Below are positions 41,023 through 51,233 of a DNA stretch of 64,000 bases, piece by piece. Origin of the DNA: an uncultured Staphylococcaceae bacterium (lineage in GTDB: Bacteria; Bacillota_I; Bacilli_A; ML615J-28; CAG-313); contig CAYPEY010000005.1 in NCBI GenBank assembly GCA_964409955.1, forward strand, positions 700 through 64,699, read 5' to 3'. Every line of letters begins with the position of its first letter. Position 1 is the first letter of the stretch. A program made the position numbers and the translations under genes. The notes beneath the pieces were generated by a model. It had not been told where the DNA came from. It did not search any database and saw only the letters and a list, made by a program, of their open reading frames with translations.

Positions 41023-41529
41023 TTGTCTAAAAGTTATATAATTTTCTTTTGTAAAAATTCTCGCACCATAAACATCAGTTTTAGCATTTACAAAGACAAT
41101 TTCACATTCATTAATATACTTCACAATCTTTTTAGGCTTAGGTGAAAAAATAACAATTTTTTCAATATCTTCATCAAAATCTCTTCTCATAAACGATGAA
41201 ACTTCAGTTAAGTATCTTTTATGCGGTTGAACTTTCCCAGGAGTGTTTCCTGCTCCATATTTTACTTCCCAAGTTGATTGGTTATTTATTTGAATTTCAG
41301 AATATGCAGGAACTAAAACTACTTTAATCGCAAAATGATGATTATTTATTTTTAAGTCGATTTCGTGAGTATCATTTTCAAGATAGGTTAAAGTATACTC
41401 CTCATTATAACTTTTTAAGTATTCATCTACACTATGAAGTAAATTTTTTGTTGCTTTTTTTGTTAAAATTGCATTAGCAATAACAACCCCAATAACAATA
41501 ACTACGATACCTATTACTACATATTCCAT
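41017..41529 (-). CDS. N-terminally membrane-anchored hypothetical protein
   Basis: 170 aa with SD gaggtgagg and TM segment VVIGIVVIVIGVVIANAIL. No family recognised with confidence. Confidence 0.6.
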   Translation of the reverse strand: MEYVVIGIVVIVIGVVIANAILTKKATKNLLHSVDEYLKSYNEEYTLTYLENDTHEIDLKINNHHFAIKVVLVPAYSEIQINNQSTWEVKYGAGNTPGKVQPHKRYLTEVSSFMRRDFDEDIEKIVIFSPKPKKIVKYINECEIVFVNAKTDVYGARIFTKENYITFRQK

Positions 41530-41643
41530 AGCCTCACCTCGCGCTTAATATAACATAAAAAATTTTTTTACACAAGCAAAAAAATCTTAAAAATTTCTTT
41601 TTTATCAACAAAAAAATTTGTCAAAAAATAATTAGTATTTTAT

Positions 41644-41672
41644 TTGAAAAAAATTAAGGTTTAAGATATAAT
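41644..41672 (+). promoter_or_regulatory. Sigma-A promoter of nrdDG
   Basis: TTGAAA, 17-bp spacer, TATAAT. Confidence 0.55.
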
Positions 41673-41751
41673 TTAACTACTCACTTTTGAGAACAAATTT
41701 AAAACTGGTAACAATTGTAAATAAATATATCAATATAGGAGGAATTATTTT

Positions 41752-44085
41752 ATGGTAAAAAAGATCATCAAGCGTGACGGAAGACGCAATGTATTTAATG
41801 AGAAAAAAATCGAAATGGCTATTTATAAAGCTCAACTTGCGTGTGGTGCTGATGATATTGAGCTTGTTAAAATGATAACTTCTAAAGTAGTAGAAAAAAT
41901 TAATGAGACATATGAAAACAACGTTAAAGTTGAAGAAGTTCAAAACATTATTGAAAATGTATTAATTGATTCTGGGGAACATGAAATTGCAAAAACTTAT
42001 ATTAAATATCGTGCAGAACGTACTAAGGTTCGTGAAAGAAAAACTAACCTTATGAAATCTTTATATGACATTACCTTTAAAGAATCAAAAGCAGAAGACT
42101 CAAAAAGAGAAAATGCTAATATCAATGCCGATACACCAATGGGTATGATGTTAAAATATGGTAGTGAATCTGCAAAACAATTCTATTTAAATGATTTAAT
42201 TAAACCTGAGGTTGCAGCAGCACATGCTCGTGGTGATATTCATATTCATGACCTAGATTTCTATGCATTAACTATGACATGTTGTCAAATTGACTTAGTT
42301 GAATTATTTAAAGGCGGTTTTTCTACTGGTAATGGTTTCTTACGTGAACCTGGAGGAATTAGAAGTTACGCATCACTTGCTTGTATAGCAATTCAAGCTA
42401 ACCAAAATGACCAACATGGTGGTCAAAGTGTTCCTAACTTTGATTATGCTATGGCAATCGGTGTTAAGAAAACTTATAAAAAAGAATTAAGAAAAGCTCT
42501 TGTTAAAATGTTAGCATTTAATGGTTATAACACATCAAATGATGAAATGAAAGAAATCTTTGCTGAAATGGAAGTTGCTAATAATTTTGAAATTAGAATG
42601 AACTCTGATGTTGTTAAAGAAGCAATTTATAATACTTTAACTAATAAATTCGGTACATTAAATGATAAATGGTTCGATATCGCATTTGATCAAGCATATG
42701 ATGAAACTAAAGATGCTACATACCAAGCAATGGAAGCACTTGTTCATAATTTAAATACAATGCACTCTCGTGCTGGTGCCCAAGTTCCATTTAGTTCATT
42801 AAACTATGGTACTGATACTTCAAATGAAGGTCGTATGGCTATGCATGCATTACTTGATGCAACAATGGCTGGTCTTGGAAATGGTGAAACTCCTATCTTC
42901 CCTATCCAAATCTTCAAAGTAAAAGAAGGTATCAACTATAATCCAACTGATCCTAACTATGATTTATTCAAAAAATCAATGTTGTGTTCAAGTAAGAGAT
43001 TATTCCCTAACTTCTCATTTATCGATGCTCCATACAATCTTCAATATTATAAAGAAGGAGATTATAGAACTGAAGCAGCATACATGGGTTGTAGAACAAG
43101 AGTAGTTGGTAACACTTATGATCCAGAAAACGAAATTGTTACAGGTCGTGGTAACTTAAGTTTCACTTCTATCAACTTACCTCGTATTGCGTTAAAACTT
43201 TCAAAAATTAAAAATACAGAAGAAAAAATCGAAAAATTCTATGTTGAACTTAACAATATGTTAGAACTTTGTGCTCAACAATTATTAGAAAGATTCGAAA
43301 TTCAACAAAACAAATACGTTTATAACTTCCCATTCTTAATGGGGCAAGGTATTTGGCTTGGAAGTAAAGATTTAAAACATGATGATAAAGTATCAGAAGT
43401 TATCAAACATGGTACATTAACTGTTGGTTTCATTGGACTTGCAGAAACATTAAAAGCATTAATCGGTGTTCACCATGGTGAATCAGCTGAAGCTCAAAAA
43501 TTAGGTCTTGAAATCGTTGGATTCATGAGAGAGAAGATGGACAAATATGCTAAGAAGCATAAACTTAACTTCTCATTAATCGCAACTCCAGCTGAAGGTT
43601 TATCAGGTCGTTTTGTTAAAATGGATAAAGAATTATTTGGTGAAATTGAAGGTATCACAAATCATAAATTCTATACAAACTCATTCCATATCCCTGTATA
43701 TTATGACATTTCAGTATTTGATAAAATCAAACTTGAAGGTCCTTACCATGCATTAACAAATGGTGGTCATATTTCATACATTGAAGTTGATGGTGACATT
43801 GCGAAAAACATTGACGCATTTGAAACTATCATTCATGCAATGAAAGAATCGGGTATTGGTTATGGTGCTGTTAACCATCCGGTTGACCGTGATACAGTTT
43901 GTGGATATAATGGTATTATCGATAATGTATGTCCTAAATGTGGTCGTGAAGAAGGAGATATTCCTTTTGAAAGAATTAGAAGAATCACAGGTTACCTTGT
44001 TGGTACACTTGATAGATTTAATGATGCTAAACGTGATGAAGTTGAACATCGTGTAAAACATATGAAGGCTAACAATGAAAATTAA
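41752..44085 (+). CDS. nrdD: Anaerobic ribonucleoside-triphosphate reductase
   Basis: 777 aa. N-terminal ATP-cone (IIKRDGRRNVFNEKKI), C-terminal Zn site CPKCG and glycyl-radical motif RRITGYLVG. Confidence 0.95.
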   Translation: MVKKIIKRDGRRNVFNEKKIEMAIYKAQLACGADDIELVKMITSKVVEKINETYENNVKVEEVQNIIENVLIDSGEHEIAKTYIKYRAERTKVRERKTNLMKSLYDITFKESKAEDSKRENANINADTPMGMMLKYGSESAKQFYLNDLIKPEVAAAHARGDIHIHDLDFYALTMTCCQIDLVELFKGGFSTGNGFLREPGGIRSYASLACIAIQANQNDQHGGQSVPNFDYAMAIGVKKTYKKELRKALVKMLAFNGYNTSNDEMKEIFAEMEVANNFEIRMNSDVVKEAIYNTLTNKFGTLNDKWFDIAFDQAYDETKDATYQAMEALVHNLNTMHSRAGAQVPFSSLNYGTDTSNEGRMAMHALLDATMAGLGNGETPIFPIQIFKVKEGINYNPTDPNYDLFKKSMLCSSKRLFPNFSFIDAPYNLQYYKEGDYRTEAAYMGCRTRVVGNTYDPENEIVTGRGNLSFTSINLPRIALKLSKIKNTEEKIEKFYVELNNMLELCAQQLLERFEIQQNKYVYNFPFLMGQGIWLGSKDLKHDDKVSEVIKHGTLTVGFIGLAETLKALIGVHHGESAEAQKLGLEIVGFMREKMDKYAKKHKLNFSLIATPAEGLSGRFVKMDKELFGEIEGITNHKFYTNSFHIPVYYDISVFDKIKLEGPYHALTNGGHISYIEVDGDIAKNIDAFETIIHAMKESGIGYGAVNHPVDRDTVCGYNGIIDNVCPKCGREEGDIPFERIRRITGYLVGTLDRFNDAKRDEVEHRVKHMKANNEN

Positions 44086-44578
44086 TTTATCTGGTATCGC
44101 TTTAGAATCAATTGTTGATGGTCCTGGAATTAGATTTGTAATCTTTACTCAAGGATGTCCTCATCACTGTCCAGGTTGTCATAATCCTGAAACTCATGAC
44201 TTTAATGGTGGGACAATTTATGAACTTGACTACATAATTGATGAATTTAAAAAACACCCATTTATGTCCGGTCTCACAATGAGTGGTGGTGAACCATTTT
44301 CTCAACCAAAAGAAGTTCTAACTATTATAAAAGAGTTCAAAAAATTATATCCTCAAAAAAACATTATGATTTATACAGGATATTTATTTGAACAATTATT
44401 AGGTATGAATAATTCTGATATAAATGAAATCTTAAGTTTAACAGATTATTTAGTTGATGGCCCTTTCATTCTAAATAAAAGAGATATTTCTCTAAAATTT
44501 AAAGGAAGTTCCAACCAAAGAATAATTGATCTAAAACAAACATTTATTAATAATCAAGTAGTAGAAAAGGAGTTTTAA
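44075..44578 (+). CDS. nrdG: Anaerobic RNR activating radical-SAM protein
   Basis: 167 aa. GPGIRFVIFTQGCPHHCPGCHN. Overlaps the nrdD end. Confidence 0.93.
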   Translation: MKINLSGIALESIVDGPGIRFVIFTQGCPHHCPGCHNPETHDFNGGTIYELDYIIDEFKKHPFMSGLTMSGGEPFSQPKEVLTIIKEFKKLYPQKNIMIYTGYLFEQLLGMNNSDINEILSLTDYLVDGPFILNKRDISLKFKGSSNQRIIDLKQTFINNQVVEKEF

Positions 44579-44590
44579 ACTCCTTTTTTT
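44566..44590 (+). terminator. Intrinsic terminator after nrdG
   Basis: Stem aaaggagtt/aactccttt with a 3-nt loop and T-run. Confidence 0.7.
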
Positions 44591-44634
44591 CACAATCTAA
44601 CTGTTTTTTACATAAAATGATAGTGGTGATAAAA

Positions 44635-44967
44635 ATGAAATTAATAATTGGCAATATGAACCCCAAAATGCGGGATTTTATCAAACTTAATAACTTTACT
44701 GATAAAATACTAGTCATCAATAAAATGTGTAACGTTAAAACTATCAAAGAAAAAGTAGATATTATCATTCCTTTTGGTGTAATAGGTCCTAATGGTCTTA
44801 TAAGTAATACTCAAGTTCATATGGAAGAACTCTTAATGAGTGTTGATGCAATATCCATAAAATATGGATCTCATGCAAATACAAATATTTTAAAAAAATT
44901 AAGTGGTATTTATCAAGTTCCAATAGAATTCATAAATTTAAATAACAACAAAAGACTACTCTTATAA
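44635..44967 (+). CDS. Hypothetical protein (weak DUF2325-like resemblance)
   Basis: Tracked start is 44617. The ATG at 44635 follows SD gtggtga. 110 aa. The resemblance to DUF2325 is impressionistic only. Confidence 0.4.
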   Translation: MKLIIGNMNPKMRDFIKLNNFTDKILVINKMCNVKTIKEKVDIIIPFGVIGPNGLISNTQVHMEELLMSVDAISIKYGSHANTNILKKLSGIYQVPIEFINLNNNKRLLL

Positions 44968-44977
44968 ATAAAACTAC

Positions 44978-45006
44978 TTGCAAAAAAACAAAAATTAATG
45001 TATAAT
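44978..45006 (+). promoter_or_regulatory. Sigma-A promoter of lepA
   Basis: TTGCAA, 17-bp spacer, TATAAT, with a TG extended -10. This gives a 5' UTR of about 100 nt. Confidence 0.7.
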
Positions 45007-45037
45007 ATCATAGTATAAAAAATTCAAAACCGTTTTT

Positions 45038-45051
45038 TGAGCGTTCGAAAT
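45038..45051 (+). repeat. Copy A of the TGAGCGTTCGAAAT motif (lepA 5' UTR)
   Basis: This 14-mer is identical to 51548-51561, and 12 of 14 positions match 50806-50819. Confidence 0.8.
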
Positions 45052-45114
45052 AAAAAAAGATAGCCAAATACCCATTCAAACTCTCAGAAATCGATTTTAT
45101 AAAGGTAGTAAAAA

Positions 45115-46950
45115 ATGAATATTCCAACAAAAGAACAATTATTAGAAAGACAAAAACATATTAGAAATTTCTCAATTATTGCTCATATCGACCATGGTAA
45201 AAGTACACTTGCGGATAGAATTTTAGAGAAGACTAAAACCGTTGAAACAAGAGAAATGAAGGAGCAATTACTAGATTCAATGGATCTAGAAAGAGAACGT
45301 GGGATTACAATCAAGTTAAATGCTGTAGAATTAAACTACAAAGCAAGCGATGGAAAAGATTATATTTTTCACTTAATTGATACTCCTGGGCATGTTGACT
45401 TTACTTATGAAGTTTCACGTAGTCTTGCCGCATGCGAAGGAGCTGTACTTGTTGTAGATGCTGCACAAGGGATCGAAGCACAAACTCTTGCTAACGTTTA
45501 TCTTGCAATAGATAACGATTTAGAGCTTTTAACATTAATTAATAAAATCGACCTTCCTGCTGCTGATCCAGAGCGTGTAAAAAAAGAAGTTGAAGATGTT
45601 ATTGGACTAGATGCATCAGACGCTGTCCTTGCCAGCGCAAAAGAAGGTATTGGAATTGAAGAGTTACTTGAAAAAATTGTAACTACATTCCCAGCACCAA
45701 CAGGAAATCCAGATGCACCAGTACAAGCGTTAATTTTTGACTCATTCTATGATCCTTATCGAGGAGTAATTCCATCAATAAGAATCTTAAATGGGACTAT
45801 TAAGCGTGGAGATAAAATCAAAATGATGTCAACAGGTGCTGTTTATGAAGTAGTCGAACTTGGTGTAAACACACCTAAAGAAAAGAAAAAAGATTTTCTA
45901 ACAGTAGGCGATGTTGGTTGGGTTGCAGGTAGTATTAAAGAAGTTCAAAACGTAAACGTTGGGGACACTATTACAACTATTGAAAATGAAGCGTCTATCC
46001 CACTTCCAGGATATCGTAAAATGAATTCAATGGTTTTCTGTGGTATCTATCCTGTTGAGCCTAATAAATATGAAGACTTAAAAGAAGCTCTTGAAAAACT
46101 ACGATTAAACGATGCTGCTTTAGTATTTGAACCTGAAACATCACAAGCCCTTGGATTTGGTTTTAGAACGGGATTCCTCGGATTACTTCATATGGATGTA
46201 ATTCAAGAAAGAATTGAAAGAGAATTTAAAATCCCTTTAATCGCCACAGCACCAAGCGTTGAATATCACGTTTATTTAACAAATGGGACAATGGTAAAAG
46301 TAGATAATCCAAGCGAACTTCCTGATTTTACCACTATTAAAAAAATCGAAGAACCTTACGTTGAAGCAACCATTATGGTTCCAAACGAATATGTAGGTTC
46401 TATTATGGAATTATGTCAATTCAAGCGTGGTACATTCGTAGGAATGACTTACATTGAAGAAACTCGTGTATCTATTAGATATGATATACCACTTTCAGAA
46501 ATTGTATTTGATTTCTTTGATCGTCTAAAATCATCAACTAAGGGTTACGCATCACTTGACTACACTTTATCTAATTACCGTGAATCTAAACTTGTTAAGA
46601 TGGATATCTTATTAAACGGTGAAAAAGTTGATGCTTTATCTGTAATCGTTCATAAAGATTTTGCTTACGGTAGAGGTAGAGCTTTAGTTCAAAAATTAAG
46701 AGGTTTAATTCCTAGACAACAATTTGAAATTCCTATTCAAGCTGCTGTTAATAGTAAAATCATCGCTCGTGAAAATGTATCAGCTCTTAGAAAAGACGTT
46801 CTTGCAAAATGTTATGGTGGCGACGTTTCTCGTAAAAAGAAATTATTAGAAAAACAAAAAGAAGGTAAAAAACGTATGAAACAAGTAGGTAGTGTAGAAA
46901 TACCTCAAGAAGCCTTCTTAGCAGTACTAAAACTTGACGATGATAAATAA
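45115..46950 (+). CDS. lepA: Elongation factor 4
   Basis: 611 aa. [28 protein letters not shown] and the LepA C-terminal domain. Confidence 0.96.
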   Translation: MNIPTKEQLLERQKHIRNFSIIAHIDHGKSTLADRILEKTKTVETREMKEQLLDSMDLERERGITIKLNAVELNYKASDGKDYIFHLIDTPGHVDFTYEVSRSLAACEGAVLVVDAAQGIEAQTLANVYLAIDNDLELLTLINKIDLPAADPERVKKEVEDVIGLDASDAVLASAKEGIGIEELLEKIVTTFPAPTGNPDAPVQALIFDSFYDPYRGVIPSIRILNGTIKRGDKIKMMSTGAVYEVVELGVNTPKEKKKDFLTVGDVGWVAGSIKEVQNVNVGDTITTIENEASIPLPGYRKMNSMVFCGIYPVEPNKYEDLKEALEKLRLNDAALVFEPETSQALGFGFRTGFLGLLHMDVIQERIEREFKIPLIATAPSVEYHVYLTNGTMVKVDNPSELPDFTTIKKIEEPYVEATIMVPNEYVGSIMELCQFKRGTFVGMTYIEETRVSIRYDIPLSEIVFDFFDRLKSSTKGYASLDYTLSNYRESKLVKMDILLNGEKVDALSVIVHKDFAYGRGRALVQKLRGLIPRQQFEIPIQAAVNSKIIARENVSALRKDVLAKCYGGDVSRKKKLLEKQKEGKKRMKQVGSVEIPQEAFLAVLKLDDDK

Positions 46951-46957
46951 TATCAAT

Positions 46958-46991
46958 AAAAGTTATAGAATTTATTTTCTATAACTTTTTT
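46958..46991 (+). terminator. Intrinsic terminator after lepA
   Basis: 13-bp stem aaaagttatagaa/ttctataactttt with a 6-nt loop. Confidence 0.8.
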
Positions 46992-46999
46992 AATTTCAT

Positions 47000-47028
47000 T
47001 TGTAAAAAATAAAAAACTATGTTATAAT
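47000..47028 (+). promoter_or_regulatory. Sigma-A promoter of hemW
   Basis: TTGTAA, 17-bp spacer, TATAAT, with a TGT extended -10. Confidence 0.65.
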
Positions 47029-47057
47029 AAATTGAAATATGTTTAAGGAGTAAAATT

Positions 47058-48179
47058 ATGTTAGGTCTTTATATTCACATTCCTTTTTGTAATAATATCT
47101 GTCCTTACTGTGATTTTACAAAAACCGTAAGCACAAGTGAACGTAAAAATTCTTACATAGAAGCGCTCTGTCGTGAGATGAAATTAAAAAAACTGGATAA
47201 TTATTCGTTCAAGTCCGTTTACATCGGGGGCGGAACACCTTCATCACTTGACTTAAACAAGTTAGATTATTTACTGACTTCCTTAAATAATTACATAAAT
47301 TTATCAGATCTTGAAGAATTTACAATCGAATGTAATCCTAAAGACATAACTTTAGATTTTATTAAATTAATAAAAAAACATCATATAACTAGAGTAAGTA
47401 TTGGTGTTCAAACTCTTAATCCTAAACTTCAAAAAACTATTAATCGTTTTGTGACAATTAACGAATTAGATGAAATCGTAAATAAATTAAGATTAAATGG
47501 AATTGAAAATATTAACATTGATTTAATGTATGCCATACCTGGTGAAACCCTAGATGATCTAAACAATGATTTATCAGAAATTATAAAACTTAATGTTCCT
47601 CATCTATCAGTTTATTCTTTAATTTTAGAAGAAAAAACTATTTTCTATCACTTATACAAAAAAGGAACATTAGATTTAATATCTGAAGATTTAGAAAGTA
47701 CCATGTACAAAACAGTAGTTTCAAGATTAAAATCTAACGGTTATAATCACTATGAAACTAGTAATTTTTCTAAAATTGGTTATGAATCACGTCATAATCT
47801 CATATATTGGAATTGTGATGAATATATTGCCATAGGTGCAGCTGGTAGCTCATATTTTGAAAACAGACGTACTACTAACACAAAAAATATCACAAAATAC
47901 ATCAATAAAATTAATAACTTTATTATCGAACTAGATGAAGACGAATTTATATCAAAAGAAGAAGCTATGAATGAAATGATTATCCTAGGACTTAGAAAAT
48001 GTTCAGGTATCAATACAAGTGAATTTCTAAAAAAATTCGGCACTGAAATAACTGAACAATTCCCAAAAATTCATGATCTTATTAAAGAAGGTTTATTAGC
48101 GTTTTCTAATAATCATTTATTTATACCAGAAGAACACATCTATATTAGTAATCACATTATCGTAAAAATACTTAATTAG
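47058..48179 (+). CDS. hemW: Radical-SAM haem chaperone HemW (HemN-like)
   Basis: 373 aa. YIHIPFCNNICPYCDF. Follows lepA, as in Bacillus. Confidence 0.9.
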   Translation: MLGLYIHIPFCNNICPYCDFTKTVSTSERKNSYIEALCREMKLKKLDNYSFKSVYIGGGTPSSLDLNKLDYLLTSLNNYINLSDLEEFTIECNPKDITLDFIKLIKKHHITRVSIGVQTLNPKLQKTINRFVTINELDEIVNKLRLNGIENINIDLMYAIPGETLDDLNNDLSEIIKLNVPHLSVYSLILEEKTIFYHLYKKGTLDLISEDLESTMYKTVVSRLKSNGYNHYETSNFSKIGYESRHNLIYWNCDEYIAIGAAGSSYFENRRTTNTKNITKYINKINNFIIELDEDEFISKEEAMNEMIILGLRKCSGINTSEFLKKFGTEITEQFPKIHDLIKEGLLAFSNNHLFIPEEHIYISNHIIVKILN

Positions 48180-48190
48180 GATGATATAAT

Positions 48191-48739
48191 TTGTTAAAAA
48201 AGACTATAAAAAAAACTAATAAATTAATATTTAGTATTATATTATTTTTAACTATTGGAATAATAATAGGTGTAATAACAACAAATAATTTAAAAGGTAT
48301 CGATTATGAAATTGTTAAAAGTGACAAGAGTTATTTAGAAATATTCCTTAATTCTTTTTCACTAAATTATTGGTATTTATTCATTATTTGGTTTTTTGGA
48401 CTTGTTCCAATAGGCTTTATTATCGATTATTTTATTGTCTTTTTTAAAGGATACATTCTTGGAATTACCATAGGTGTTGCTTTAAAGAGTGTATCAGTTA
48501 TAGGAATTTTTATGTTTCTAAAATTCAGTTTTTTAGAAATATTAATAATTATACCAACTCTTATTTATCTAGCTAATAAAAGTATAAAAAACTCATTTGT
48601 TGGCAGAAGAATTCTTGAAAAAAGTAACGAAAATTACTTTAATGTTTTAGTTAAAGTAACCATTATTATCATAATATTTGCAATATTAACATGTATAAAA
48701 TTTACCACATTGGAGGCACAAACATGCATGATTTATTAG
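48191..48739 (+). CDS. spoIIM: Stage II sporulation protein M
   Basis: 182 aa polytopic protein with a TTG start after SD aggatga. Sequence pattern and the spoIIM-xerD-deoB context match B. subtilis. Confidence 0.7.
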   Translation: MLKKTIKKTNKLIFSIILFLTIGIIIGVITTNNLKGIDYEIVKSDKSYLEIFLNSFSLNYWYLFIIWFFGLVPIGFIIDYFIVFFKGYILGITIGVALKSVSVIGIFMFLKFSFLEILIIIPTLIYLANKSIKNSFVGRRILEKSNENYFNVLVKVTIIIIIFAILTCIKFTTLEAQTCMIY

Positions 48740-49620
48740 TAGAATACCAACATTACCTCATCTCAGAGAAGATGAAAGGTGAAAATACTGTAAAATCGTA
48801 TTCAAGTGATTTAGAAAACTATCTATATTACCTAGAACAAAAGTTATTAATTGATGATGTGAGCCTTATTACAACTGATTCTATAAAGAAATTTTTAACT
48901 TATCTAAAAAAACTAGGTTATAGCGCATCATCATCTAGTAGAGCACTAAGTGCAATTAAAAGTTTTCATAAATTTTTATTTATAGAACACCATACAAAAA
49001 CTAATCCGGCAACATCTCTTTCTAGTCCAAAACTTGAAAAGAAATTACCTACTGTTTTGTCAATAGAAGAAGTATTAAAGCTACTTGATACTCTTGATTC
49101 ATCTACGCCCTATAATCAAAGAAATCAAGCAATGATTGAGTTAATGTATGCAACAGGTCTACGTGTATCAGAGCTAGTTTCTCTAAAATTAACTGATTTA
49201 CATCTAACAAATAAAATGATTTCAACTACAGGTAAAGGAAATAAAGAACGTATTGTTCCTATTAACGACTATGCTTCTAAAATTTTAAGAAATTATATAA
49301 TAGAAGCCCGTCCAAAACTCGTAATACCATCACGTGATGAAGGTTATGTCTTCTTAAACAACCAAGGTACAGCAATTTCTCGTCAAAGTTTCTTCCTTAT
49401 TTTAAAAGAAATAGCTAAAAAAGCAGGAATTTCTAAAGAAATTTCACCTCATACCTTAAGACATTCGTTTGCAACTCATTTACTAGAAGCTGGAACAGAT
49501 CTAAGATTAATTCAAGAAATGTTAGGTCATGAAGACATATCAACTACCCAAATTTACACACATTTAAGTAATAAAAAATTAAAAGAAATTTATAAAGGAG
49601 CCCATCCTCATGAAGAATAA
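48724..49620 (+). CDS. xerD: Tyrosine recombinase XerD
   Basis: Tracked start is 48691. The ATG at 48724 follows SD ggaggc. ATGLRVSEL, HTLRHSFATHLL, GHEDISTTQIYTH. Called XerD rather than XerC from synteny with ripX-drm. Confidence 0.8.
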   Translation: MHDLLVEYQHYLISEKMKGENTVKSYSSDLENYLYYLEQKLLIDDVSLITTDSIKKFLTYLKKLGYSASSSSRALSAIKSFHKFLFIEHHTKTNPATSLSSPKLEKKLPTVLSIEEVLKLLDTLDSSTPYNQRNQAMIELMYATGLRVSELVSLKLTDLHLTNKMISTTGKGNKERIVPINDYASKILRNYIIEARPKLVIPSRDEGYVFLNNQGTAISRQSFFLILKEIAKKAGISKEISPHTLRHSFATHLLEAGTDLRLIQEMLGHEDISTTQIYTHLSNKKLKEIYKGAHPHEE

Positions 49621-50794
49621 ATTTAAAAGAATATTTGTTATAGTTGCTGATTCACTAGGGATTGGTGAGGCAGATGATGCTAGATATTATAACGATTTAG
49701 GTGCTAATACCTTTGGCCATATTGCAAATTTCTCAGAAAATTTCGAAATCCCAACATTAAAACGTCTTGGAATCGGTAATCTTTGTCCAAATCGTAAAAT
49801 TTCTCCAGTTTTTCCACCACTTGGAGTTGTGATGAGACTAAAAGAAACAAGTGTTGGTAAAGATACGCTTACAGGACACTTTGAAATAATGGGATTAAAG
49901 GTAGATAATCCTTTTCCATCTTTCACAGATACCGGTTTTCCTCAAGAATTAATCGAAAAAATCGAAAAATTTAGTGGAAGAAGAGTTATTGGTAACATCT
50001 CAGCAAGCGGTACCGAAATAATCAAAGATTTAGGTGAAGTTCAACTTAAAACTGGAGCATTAATAATCTATACTTCAGCTGATTCAGTCCTTCAAATTGC
50101 CGCAAACGAAGAAATTATTCCACTTGATGAACTATATAAAGTTTGTGAATACGCAAGAAAAATCACAATAGAGAACAAAGAATGGCAAGTTGGGCGTATT
50201 ATTGCCCGTCCATTTGTTGGAAGTTCAAAAGAAAACTTCAAAAGAACGACAAATCGCCACGATTATGCCTTAAAACCATTTGATAAAACTGTTTTAAATC
50301 ATTTAAGTGAAGAAAATTATGATGTAATTGCTATTGGAAAGATAAATGATATCTTTGATGGCTATGGAATTACTAAAGCACTCAGAACAGTTTCTAACCA
50401 TGATGGTATGGAAAAAACAATTTCTATGATAGAAGAAGACTTTACCGGGCTTTGTTTTACAAATTTAGTTGATTTTGATGCTTTATACGGCCACAGACGT
50501 GATTTAGAAGGTTATAAAAACGCTATTGTTGAATTTGATGCTGATTTAAATAATTTTATTTCTAAAATGAAAGATGATGACTTGCTAATGGTTGTTGCCG
50601 ATCATGGAAATGATCCAGTTCATCATGGAACTGACCATACTCGCGAAAACGTACCATTAATAATCTATCATAAAAATATCGTTGGTAAGATGTTACAAGA
50701 TCAAAATTCATTTGCTACCGTTGGTGCAACAATTTCCGAAAATTTTAAAGTGAAGATGCCTAAAATTGGAAATTCCGTTCTAAAGGAACTTTAA
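49610..50794 (+). CDS. deoB: Phosphopentomutase
   Basis: 394 aa. VADSLGIGE, LVDFD..YGHRRD and ADHGNDP motifs. Confidence 0.95.
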   Translation: MKNKFKRIFVIVADSLGIGEADDARYYNDLGANTFGHIANFSENFEIPTLKRLGIGNLCPNRKISPVFPPLGVVMRLKETSVGKDTLTGHFEIMGLKVDNPFPSFTDTGFPQELIEKIEKFSGRRVIGNISASGTEIIKDLGEVQLKTGALIIYTSADSVLQIAANEEIIPLDELYKVCEYARKITIENKEWQVGRIIARPFVGSSKENFKRTTNRHDYALKPFDKTVLNHLSEENYDVIAIGKINDIFDGYGITKALRTVSNHDGMEKTISMIEEDFTGLCFTNLVDFDALYGHRRDLEGYKNAIVEFDADLNNFISKMKDDDLLMVVADHGNDPVHHGTDHTRENVPLIIYHKNIVGKMLQDQNSFATVGATISENFKVKMPKIGNSVLKEL

Positions 50795-50805
50795 AAGGCC
50801 TTCTC

Positions 50806-50819
50806 AGAGCGTTCGAAAC
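50806..50819 (+). repeat. Copy B of the GAGCGTTCGAAA motif (just after the deoB stop)
   Basis: agagcgttcgaaac. CATTCAAA follows 22 nt downstream, the same spacing as in copy A. Confidence 0.75.
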
Positions 50820-50867
50820 TTTTTTTGACGATTAATTATTCATTCAAATTTTTTTAGGAGCCCTTAT

Positions 50868-50900
50868 AAGTGATTCATTTATTGAATCACTTTTTTATTT
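50868..50900 (+). terminator. Intrinsic terminator after deoB
   Basis: Stem aagtgattc/gaatcactt with a 7-nt loop and T-run. Confidence 0.75.
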
Positions 50901-51233
50901 TTTAAAAAATTATAAGTTTTCTATAAACAAACGAAATATCATAAGATGAATAAGTGATTGCTCGTTTACTAATAAAATAATATTTTTATAACAAATAAGC
51001 TTCGTCTAAAAGGGTGAAATAAAATTATATGAATAAATGATTATTTATTAAATAATAAGCTTCTAAAATTGACCCATTCTGTAAAACGATGAAATTAAAA
51101 AAGACAAACGATTAACCATTCAAATTATAAACGATTTAAATAACATAAATGTTGATAAAAATACAGTTATAAACAGTTATTAACATATTTAAATTTTTAT
51201 TAATTTTAGTCCTTTTTACCTTTGTTTTTTATC

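Noticed and set aside
41530-41751. NrdR boxes upstream of nrdD
   Set aside because: No pair of 16-bp acaCwAtATaTwGtgt-like palindromes could be found by eye, only A/T runs and a promoter.
45041-45050. GCGTTCGAAA read as a tRNA T-arm fragment (possible att site of an integrated element)
   Set aside because: The flanking bases cannot form the 5-bp T-stem around TTCGAAA in any of the three copies. No tRNA gene or integrase is nearby.
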